A stretch of 64,000 bases of DNA, from positions 595,038 to 659,037 of the forward strand of contig MU058233.1 in assembly GCA_013265495.1 (NCBI GenBank). The letters are read 5' to 3'. Shown piece by piece: positions 1 to 51,800 of this stretch. The position numbers and the translations under genes were made by a program. The notes below the pieces were generated by a model. That model worked only from the letters and a program-made list of their open reading frames with translations. It did not search any database and was not told the DNA's origin. This DNA comes from Vicugna vicugna. Taxonomy: Eukaryota. Every line of letters starts with the position of its first letter. Positions within the stretch are counted from its first letter, which is position 1.

Positions 1-29
1 AGAAGGCAAAACAGAGCAGCCACTTTAGA

Positions 30-812
30 AACCACCCAGTAATTCCCTGCTCGGATTTTACTCAAGAGAAGTGAAGCTTTCTGTTCACACAAAAACCTTT
101 TTGAGAATGTTTATAGCAGCTTTATTAATAATCACCACAAAGTGAAAACAGTGGGGAGGGTATAGCTCAGTGGTAGAGCGCACGCTTAGCATGCATGAAG
201 TCCTGGGTTCAAGCCCCAGTATTTACATTTAAAAAAAAAAAGTGAAAGCAGCCTGAATGTCCTTGGGCAAGTGAGCAGAGTATGGTTCTCCCACACGGTG
301 GAGCAGCACTCAGCCAGGGAAAAGAACTAAGCACGGAAAAAGCAGCGGCTCCTGGCCCGGGAACCCCAGGTGCGTTTTGCTGTGTGAAGGACGCCAGACC
401 TGCGAGGCTGCATAACCAGCCGTTCCACTCATGTGATATTCTGGGAGGGGTCCCAACGCAGGACGGAAGGCGGACGGCTGGTTTCGGGGTTGAGGTGAGA
501 GGAGGGTGGGGCCCCAATGAGAAGCACTGGGGGGATGACTGTTTGAACCTTGCCGTTGACGCACAGCTCTGTCCGTCTGTGAGAAGTCGAACCACCGCAC
601 TGCACAGTGACTCTTACCACAGATTTAAAAAAGCGAACCCCAGGACAGACAGACGAGCCAGTGCCAGGGGTTGGGAATTTGGAGGGTGACGGAATGTCCT
701 GTATCCTGACTGTGGTGGTGGGTACATGACTGTGTACCTTCGCCAAAACTCATGGAATGCACACTACAAATGGTGAATTTTACTGTATGTAAGTTATACC
801 ATAATAAAAATA
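30..812 (+). mobile_element. Old L1M (L1MB/ME-type) 3' end fragment interrupted by a SINE
   Basis: L1 hallmarks: cccagtaattcc...gaatgtttatagcagctttatt and terminal ggtgaattttactgtatgtaagttatac...aataaaaa. Confidence 0.7.
153..241 (+). mobile_element. tRNA-Ala-derived SINE (Vic-1-like, camelid type)
   Basis: ggggagggtatagctcagtggtagagcg...gtcctgggttcaagcccc with A/B boxes and poly(A); TSD-like aaagtgaaa(a/g)cag on both sides. Confidence 0.85.
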
Positions 813-1484
813 AAACTTTAAGTTTCTGAAGCCTACCAAGGAATTAAAATGGTATATGAAATCATTTCTTAACCACAGTCAGAAGTCACTTGATCACTGA
901 GAAATGCAGTTTGCTGGGAGGTAACTTAATGGACAGTAAAGTGCTTTGTAAGGGATGACGCCTGCTGGGTCCTTATCTGGTAATATTATCCCACCGCTGA
1001 TTGAGCCTGCCCTTCCCAGAAAGGCATTTAGCATCTGAGGAGGCTCTCCTCTTGGGTTCCACAGTGGCCCGGATGCTCGGGGAGCTCCATCCAGTTCCTA
1101 GCCAGTCTCACCGGCCCTACGTGACCCGTAAGCACCTGCTGCTCCGCTGCTCCACTGCCCCGCCCTCCACCAGCACCGGCCGGATCGTCCCCTGGGGCCT
1201 CTGCCTCCCCTCCACCCAGACTTCATTCTTCCCTCAGATCCCCACACAGCTAGGTCCTCTCCGTCCCAGGGTCAGCCTGGACCCATCAGAGGGCCTCCTC
1301 ACCTGCCCCGCCCTTCTGAGCCCACCTGACCCTCAGTGGAGTGCGGGATCCAGGACAGAGGTCTTCCCTGTCTCGTCCACCTCTGAGCCCCAAACGCCTC
1401 ACACAGCGGCTGCATGGAGTGGGGTGCCGAAAGTGCTGTGGAATAAACAAGTGACTTGCACCCACATCACGTGCACTTCCTCAC

Positions 1485-42528
<41,044 letters not shown>

Positions 42529-42883
42529 CGCGCCGAGTCCGCGCCGCCGCCGCCGCCTCTCCGGAGAAATTTGGCGCGCTCCCACCAGTTCTCGCGAGAG
42601 AACGGAAGCGCCCCGCCGCCCAATCAGGAGACCGGTCGAGCCCCGCCCCGCCCAGCTCCAATCGCCGCCGGCGCTCGAGGGGAGGTGGCCCGTTAGGGAC
42701 TCTCGGAAAAGTGCGCGGAGGCGCGTGACCCGCACCGCGGGGTTTGTCTCCGGTGACCTTGCGGGCCTCGGCGGGGCGGGAAATGGCTGGCCATCCCCGC
42801 CCCGCGCGCGGCATCCCGAGTCCTGCACCCGGCCTGCCTGGAGTACGGTCGGTGCCCCCGGCGGGCGCGGCGCGCGAAAGGCG

Positions 42884-45800
42884 ATGGCGCCGGCGGCCTC
42901 GAAGCTGCGGGCTGAGGCCGGGTTCGGGGCGCTCCCGCGGCGGGCGCTCGCCCAGTACCTGCGCCTCCTGCGGCTCTACCCGGTGCTCACCAAGGCGGCC
43001 ACCAGGTCGGCGCGGAGCGGCCGCGGAGGGGACGTGCCCGGGCGGGGGCGGCCCACGTTGGGGTTTGTGTGAAGGGCGGAACCCCCTGGGTCAGAATCAC
43101 CCTCCAGAGACCTTCGATTAGCCAGAAAGCTCTGCGTGTGCGGGTCAGTATGTTCGGTTCTGAACCTGGTTCTGGGGCGACTCTCAAACGCGAGCCCGGC
43201 AGCCAGACTAACGGAGTGCGCGAGCGGAGGGGCCTGTGCAGACCGCTGGGCCTTCAGTCCCGCTGCCCCGGAGGTGACGTCCGTCCGTCCGTCCGTCCGA
43301 AGTGGAGCCTGTCCCCGGCCCGGCCTCCGCGATACTGTCGCTGCTGCCTTACGGCTCATTAGTCGCTGAGTTGGTTGTGAGGGTTAGAATGGCCTTCAGG
43401 AAGGGTGCGCGGGGAGGCTGGACGGCGTGGGAGGTGTTAAAGCTTGTTGTCTTTGGCCCCTTTGCACTCGGGAGAACTCGGACAGAGCGCCCTGCCTCTG
43501 TGCTGCCGGTTAGCGCGGCCCTTTGGGAGAACAAAACATCTCCCCCTTCATTACTTCTAATCAGTTCTATGTTTGTCCCCTTTTATTCATTAGACCTTTC
43601 ATAAATGTGTGCAGCAGCTTCCTGTGTGTGCAGCATTAGCAGGGATTAAGATAAGTACTTAAGGCCCCTATCCTCAGGGAGCTTGCATTCTTAAGAACTA
43701 GAGGGGAAGAAGTTAAATACATAACACAGATAAAGTGGTCTGGGAGGTTTTATCTGAGGAGGTGACATTTAAATAGAGGCCCAAAGAAGGGACGGAACAG
43801 GCCATGCAGAGAAGAGAAGAGAAGCAGAAGCTCTCTGGGTAGCGGGTACAGCAGGTGCAAAGGTCCTGGGGGAGGAGCAAGCTAATAATGGAGGAGTGGA
43901 AGGAAGGTCTGTGTCACTGGGGAAAATGAACAGCGAGTAAGGGAAAGGATGAGGAAGAAGTAGCCAAGGATCGGATCAAGAACGTCCTTACAGCCCCTAC
44001 TAAGAATTTTGGATGTTGTAACTTAGCTTCTCAGAAACCAGCTATGGGCTAAGACTTTGAGCAACTGGGCTTGTCTCCACCTTTTTATTTGAAGATTTTA
44101 TTGTGATAATTGTAGTTTCACGTGCAGTTGTAAGAAATGATACAGGGAGATCCCTTGTATACTTTCTCCAGTTTCCCCCACTGGCAGTGTTTTGTGAAAC
44201 TGCAGAACAATGTCACAACCAGGACACTGGTGTGGATACAGTCTGTAGATCATGTTCTGGTAACCTTTTGCAAAATTACATTTTAATATCACAATCAGGA
44301 TATGACGCTGATACAGTCTACCAATTGGAAATCTCATTATAGTCCTGTGTGTGTATTAAGTTCTACTGTCTTCACCTTTTTGATGTAGGGACCTTCCATT
44401 TTGGCTGCTCTAATAGGGGTTCGTTTCCACCCATCCCCAGCATATTCTTAGAACTGTGCTAACTCCATGGAGGAAAAGACGCCCGCCTGCAGGTTGCTTC
44501 TGTTTTCTGAATACCTCTCTGTTCACAGTGGCATTTTGTCAGCTCTTGGGAACCTCCTGGCCCAGATGATTGAGAAGAAGCAGAAAAAAGAGAACTGCTC
44601 TCAAAAGCTCGATGTCAGTGGGCCTCTCAGATACGCCATTTTTGGGTGAGTTCCATCAAGAGCCGGTTTACCCATTAGCAGACTAAGTGCAGACGAAGCT
44701 AGGCTATCAAGACTTGGAATAATCTAATTTAGAAAAATAATTTTTAAAAAGCATTAAAGTCATCATGGGAAAAATCAAGAGTGGTGGTTAATGTTAACTT
44801 CACTTTAATTTATAGTTGCATTTGGTTTTTACTTTGAATTGCATGGGTGGGGATGACTGTCTTAACTGGGCTGAGAGACCTGAGGGCAGATAGCTCCACT
44901 GGAACCTCAAATCAGACTTCAAGACTCAAAGACCCTGAAAGAGGAAAAAGACCCAAACATGGCCAGTTAGTTCCTGTTGTTATTTGTCATAGCATAAATA
45001 ACCGGAAAAGAAATACTTGGGTATTTCTTTTTTTCTTTTTTTTAATAATTAGGTATTTCTGAAAGAAGTCATTTCTGAACCACTTTTGAATTGCAAAAGC
45101 ACAAAGATTCAGGTGTTTACCAACTAAATCCACCCCAAGTTCTCTGGACAACAATCATGTTTGTAGAGGGATTATTTTGAAGTCTTTTGAAACAAGAGTG
45201 ATTTTTTTTTTTCAATTCACAATTTACAAATACCAGTTTTGCATTTGTAAGCATGCTAACTTCAGTCATCACAGCTTTTTCCATAATGTTTTTTTTGCCT
45301 CTTTTTTGGTTGGGGGGAAGGTAATATTTATTTAGTTAATTAATGGATGTACTAGAGACTGAGCTCATCCCCTTGTGCATCCTAAGCATGTACTCTAACC
45401 GCCAAGTTATACCCTCTTCCCTCTATGATGTACTTAAAATCCTAATCCCCCTGGAGAGGGAGAGTGTATCAGAATCACCTGGGAGGCTTTATCCGAACAC
45501 AGTTACCATCTTCAAGACTTCCAGAAGGGAGGGTATAACTCAGTGGTAGAGCACATGCTTAGCATGCATGAGGTCCTGGGTTCAATCCCCAGTACCTCCA
45601 ATAAAAATAAATAAATAAATATGTGAATAATCCTTATTACCTCCCCCACCAAAAAAACCCAGAAATTAAAAAAAGAAGAAAAAAAAGACCTTCCTTCTCT
45701 TCCTCCTGAGAAGCCCTGCTCTAAGCCACTTAACATTCTAGGAAAGGGTGGGAAGAGACAAGGGAGAAACACTTGTTTAAAGATGTTCTGCATCGAGCTG

Positions 45801-48800
45801 GAAGACCCCTGGGCCCCTGCCCATCTTTTGATTCTGGATTTTATAGAGCCTTAGGTCCATCCCAAGACACATGGTGGCCAAGTTCAGTCCGCTTCTGAGT
45901 ACTCTGGGCACTTTGGAATGAATAGCAGCAATACAGACAAGCCAGGGCACCGCGCCAGATTTCAGCCTTGATAATGACCGGGGAGGGTTTGATGAAAAGC
46001 TCTAGAGGGGAAGGGTGTACATAGCTCAGTGGTAGAGAACGTGCTTAGCATGCAGGAGGTCCTGGGTTCCATCCCTAATACCTCCATTAAAAGATTAAAT
46101 AAATAAACCTCATTGCTTACCGCCACAAAAAATTAAAAAACCAAAAATTTAAAAAAGGAAAGCTCTGACACCAGGGATGCATCCATTTGCACTTTCTCTG
46201 AGCCAGGCCCTGTTCCAGGCACTGCAGTCACAGCAGCAATCAGACAGATATGAGCCTGTCTGGCGAAGTTTACTTCCTAGGGGTGAAGAGAGGGTACTGT
46301 GTAACTAAACAAATCAGACCATGGCATTCAGGGATAAATGCTCTGAAGAGGCCTGGAATAGGGAGCAGCTGGGACAGTGGTGGGCTCACTATTCAGGACA
46401 ACTAGGAAGCAACTCTCCAAGCCAGCAGTGTTGAGAAGGAGCCAGCCAGGTGACAGCTAACAGGGGTCCATAGGCAGGAACAAGCCTGATCTGTCAGAGG
46501 CAGAAAAAAGAATGCTTGCAGCAGATTCATAGAAAGCATATTTTCTAGAAGGACTACCCAGAGCTGTGTGGTCAGTGCTGAGGGACTCCAGGGTGGCATC
46601 GTTCAGGGTCTGGAGTTTGGGGGTGAAGCTGGACCCAAGAAGGGCATGTGCTGAGAACGCAGGCCGACTCACCCCCACTCTGGGGCCACAGGTTCTTCTT
46701 CACAGGGCCACTGAGTCACTTCTTCTTCGTCTTCATGGAGCACTGGATCCCCTCCGAGGTCCCTTTGGTGGGCGTCAAGAGGCTGCTCCTGGACCGCTTC
46801 CTCTTCGCACCAGCCTTCCTGCTGCTGTTCTTCCTCGTCATGAACTTCCTGGAGGTTGGTCTCTGCAACAGCACTTAGCACGACGGCCCTTCACTGGGCA
46901 CAGGGATTCTTAACCTGGCGTCCGTGGTTGGAGTTCAGAGGATCTCTGAACTGGGCACTACACTCCAAATGAAGTTTCACGTTTTCCTCTGTGCACATCG
47001 GAAGCACAGCACGGTTGTATTAGCAGCGCCCGTTGGCCTGCAGTAGCAATCACAGATAGTTGGGTATCACACTTCCACAGTTACAGGTGTCTCAGGGCAT
47101 CATTTGTGCTTCTCACTCCTTACACCGACTTATCACTGAATATGTTAATAAAGAAGCACAGGGGGAGGGCAGAGCTCAGTGGTGGAATGTGCGCTTAGCT
47201 TGCATGAGGCCCCAGGTTCAATCCCAGGTACCACCATTAAAATAAGGGTATAGCTCAGTGGTAGAGCATGCGCTTAGTATGCAAGAGGCCCTGGGTTCAA
47301 TCCTCAGTACCTCCTCCAAAAATGAATAAACAAACCCAATTACCTCCCCCTCAAAAAAAAAAAAAAGATAAACTAATTACCTAGTCTACCCCTCATAATA
47401 AAAACAAAAACAAAAACAAAAACAAAAAAGCTTAAAATAAATACCTGTGGTGGTTTCATGGGTTATACATCTATCAAAATTCATCAAATTGTACATCTGA
47501 AATACATGTAGTTTACAGGAACCATACCACAATAAAGGTGTTAAAAAATAAATTAAAATGAAATAAACCTAATTACCCCCTAAAATTAAAAAGAAGTTAA
47601 AAAATAAGCTTAAAAAAGAAGCACATATACTGTCATAAAATTGTTTTCTGAATGTTTTGATAGATGTACTTAAGCATAATTGGTTTCTTCGTAGTCCCAC
47701 AGAGTTTCTTTTATACGTTACAAAATGTGATACTGAGAAGTGGATGTAAGTGGGCCATCACCAGGTGGCCAGAGGGACCTGTGGTGTCGAAGCTTCAGCC
47801 CCTAATGATGTTGCAGAAGCCTGTGCTAGCTAGCTCAGGGCCGGGACTTCAGAAGTGCTCTGAAGAGGTTAACGCATCAGCACAGACTTAACATGACAAC
47901 AACACCTGAGTATCTGGAATACCAGCCATGTCCGTGCTAATGTGCCCAGCCTCACTCCCGCTCCCTGGCATCCTCACCTGGGTCTTCTGCCTTGGTAGTA
48001 ATTTGTCTCAACCAAACACAGCAAGTAAAGGCTTCTCATTCAGATTTTATTTTGAAACCACATCTCAATTTCTTGTTACTACGAGAAACACATCCCCCCA
48101 CCTTGCTGTCTGCAGTGGCCCTGGAGAGGGAGAGGTGGGAAAGATGTTTAAAGTTAACTGCGATTGCTAGTAAGTCCCTGATGTTTAAAAGATATGTTTG
48201 GGAAGTCCTCAGGAAATTAGAGGTAGGAGAATATTAGAAGTGAGGGTACCACAGCAGTTTCTCCTTTTTTCTTTCCTTCCAAATAGGGAATATATTATCA
48301 CTGAAAAACAAAAACCCAAGGGTGGGGGGTATAGGTGAATGGTAGAGTGCATGCTTAGCGTGCACGAGATCTTGGGTCCAATCCCCAGTGCCTCCATTAG
48401 CAACAACAACAAAATAATAACCCAACCAAAAAACCACAGTATTACCAAAGTGCATAAAGTCACCACGTCTGTGACACATATGGGACCACACTATATATAC
48501 TGCGCACACTACAGATGCTACTGCATCAGGTTTTGTGATCCCAGATGTCATGTTAGACTGCAGAGCACGCCACCATGCGCCTGTCCCTCTTGTGTACGGA
48601 TCCCTCTTGGGTCCTTGTGTGTCCTCGCTGTGGTGCTGCAGAACAGTAGCGTCAGTGGACATTGACTGAGCACCTGCCTTGTTCCAAGCTCCAGCCAGTA
48701 CTTCCGGGCTTTGAGCCTGGCATCAGCCCCACTTCACAGCTGAGGAAGCTGAGGCCTTCTGTAATTTAGGGGATAAATAACTGGCCTAAGGTCCTGTAAC

Positions 48801-51800
48801 TTGTGAGTCCTGGAGTTAGGATTCAGACCCAGGTTCTGTGACGCCAGAGAGCTCCTAACCGTTACGGCTTTTTCCTCTGTGAGGTTTGTCTCCCCACACT
48901 CCTGACAACTGTGATTGTTTTTTTCTTCTAAATAATTTGCACTCTGTCAGGTGAAACATTTCAATTTCTGTGTATTTATGAGGCCAAACACCTTTTTACA
49001 TGTTTATCTGTATTCTGTGAACTTTGCTTCTATTAGAGTGTTTGCCTTTTTTCTCACTGATTTGTATGTCTGTATATATTAAGGATTCATAAATCCTTAG
49101 CCAAATATGGTTGCACGTATTTTTCCTGTTTTTTAGGTGTCTGTCTTCTAACTCCATAGAAAGTTAAAATGTTTGCATGTAGTTTAAAAATTTAAGTTCT
49201 TCAAATAAAATTTGTTACAGTATCTTTCTCCATACAGGAGTTTAAAAAAATTTATGCATTCAAATCTGTGATTCTTTTCCTTTGTAGACTTCCTTAAAGG
49301 AAGATAATGGAAATACTCTCCTATGTTTTCTTCTACTCTTACTTATTTTCAGTTTTCTTTTTAGGGGGGAGGTAATTAGGTTTACTTCTTTAGTTTTGGT
49401 GGAGGTACTGGGGATTGAACTCAGGACCTTGTGTGTGCTAAGCATGCTCTCTACCACTTGAGCTATACCCTCCCCCCTCTTCTACTCTTATTTTGTACAT
49501 TTTGAGAAACCCAAATATAATAGGAATATTCTCATATACTTTCCTCTAGTATTATGTGGTTGGTTTTTTTATGATCCCATTTTTTTTAAGGATTAAGTTT
49601 GGGGTTTTGGGGGGGAAGGTAACTAGTTTTTTTATTTAATTTATTTTTACTGCCTTTTGGAGGGAGGTAATTAGGCTTATTTATATACTTATTTCTTAAT
49701 GGAGGTACTGGGAATTGGACCCAGGACCTCCTGCATGCTAAGCACATGCTCCACCACTGAGCTGTACCCTCCCGCACAGGGGACATTTAGAATCAGTCTG
49801 TCGGGGTCCATTTTGATTGGAAATGCCTCCACTTTGGAGATTATTCTGGAAGGAACTGACAGTGAGCCTTAAGCAGCAGCAGTTCTGGGGGGATCACGGC
49901 ATCAGCTTGGCTCCTGGGGGTGGTGGGCCACGGCCTGGCTGGTCTGCTGGTTTTCCTACCTGAAGGTTAGCTCCTCGCAGCTGCGCTCTGGTGAAGCACA
50001 CACGTGTGTCGCCTGCATGTAAGCGGAACCAAATCTGCAGTTTTAAAGAAATCGCGGTGTTAGGCTTCGGGGCCCTCCGGCCTGGTGCCGCGGTTCAGGC
50101 CGAGGGGCGGTGGGGACGCTCAAGATCTGCCTTTCCCCCCCTTTCCAGGGGAAGGACGCGGCCGCCTTCGCTGCCAAGATGAAAGGCGGGTTCTGGCCGG
50201 CGCTGCAGACGAACTGGCGAGTCTGGACCCCAGTGCAGTTTATCAACATCAACTACGTCCCTCTGCAGGTAAGGCCGGCCCCAAAGGCCCTCCCCACCAG
50301 TCCCCAAGTCACCCCAAGTCCCGGACTCTCTCCGGGGCTTTCCTTGCCGCCCGAACTCGTTCAGGTTCTGGATTCCGGGAGGCAGAGCGACCTAGAGGGG
50401 TACCCTCCGCGGTCCGCGCTTCGCCCATTCGTACCGGGCGGCGCTCGGCTTTCTAGGGATGGATGGTTCCCAGGGCCCGGCCGCACGGACTGCAGCCCAG
50501 CGCGCGCAAAGCTGCACAGCGGCCACGGGGGGCGGGAGGGCAGCCTCACCTGTAGGGACGTCAGAGCCACACCTGGGTGGGGGCGGGGCGGCCGTCCCAG
50601 GCCGGCTTCTGAGCGCTGACTTCCAACGCCTGCTGTGAGGCCACGCCTCCTCCCTCGGGTGTGGAAGGCCCCAGCACTGTCCACTGTCTGCACACCAAGT
50701 ACAGTCCCTCTGTATCTGGGTCCGAGGACCACTGCCAGGGTTAGAGATTTGCTCCAAGGGCGCACAGCCTAGACTTACAGCCACACAGCAAGGACCTACA
50801 ACTGGATCCTGGGAACCCCTTGCAGGCTTCATAGGCTGCCTCCCTCCCTTGAGGGTCACACAGCCCCTCTCTTAGCCACCCACAAAATGCTGTCACCTGT
50901 GGTGTTTCTGCCAGGGGTTTTATAGGGGGCTGGTCACGTAGGCTCCTCTCTCTGCATGCACCAGTTCCAGACTCTGGAAAGAGGGCAGGTGGTCACATAG
51001 CCCACACAGGTTTTTGCAAGAGCCTAGGCCCAAGGAGCCATTCTTATCAGTAAGGAAATGTGGGAACCCTCCTGAAATCCAAGTTCCCAGACGCCAGCAC
51101 CAGCCAAGGACCAGCCTCTAAACAGCCTCATGCCTACTGTGATAACCTTTTTCTGCACAGCATCTAAGTAACCTACCTGAAACTAGCTCATACAGGCTGA
51201 TTTCCACCCTGCTTTAGAGAGAGGAGAGAAAGAGACCTGGGGGAAAAAATTTAAGAGAAAAATCAGTTCATTTCTATTGGCTTTACTTGTTTATTTTTTA
51301 AAACTTTTTGGTGGGGGAGGTAATTAGGTTTGTTTATTTTTGGTGGCAGGACCTCATGCCTGGTAGGCATGCACTCTACCACAGAGCTATACCCTCCTCC
51401 ATTGGCTTTAACAGTGACCTTCCCAGGAGCAATTTCAGTGGCTCAGCGGGGGCTGAAGCCAGATCGCTGGGAACTGATGAGTGGGTGGGGAAGGAGAAAA
51501 TAAACTGCAAGTCTAAAGAAGGCTCCCAGAAGTTTGGGAAGAGGTGAGGAGAAATGGCAGAATGGGGCCAGGGGAGACGTGTTTGCAGCCAAGAGAAGGT
51601 TGGCCATGTTCCATGCAGATTTCACGAGCTGCCCCTAATGAGAGGAGGGGAGAGGATTCGAGCATAAGCAGAGGCAGGCTAGAAGGAAGGCTCTTCTTCC
51701 CCACGATTAAAGAGAGGAGGCTGTTTACTGAGGAACCCCCTTCTCTTTCCTCTGGGAGGGTGGTGGGTGGGATGGGGCTGCCTGAGAGGAGAGGAGGTGG

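Noticed and set aside
45527..45600. tRNA-Ala-like sequences with A and B boxes as tRNA genes
   Set aside because: They carry SINE tails, poly(A) and TSDs, are dispersed and diverged, and lack a proper acceptor stem.
46901..47800. Possible hAT-Charlie relic hosting the SINE nest
   Set aside because: A TIR-like start (cagggattcttaacctgg) is visible, but I could not establish the family or the other end.
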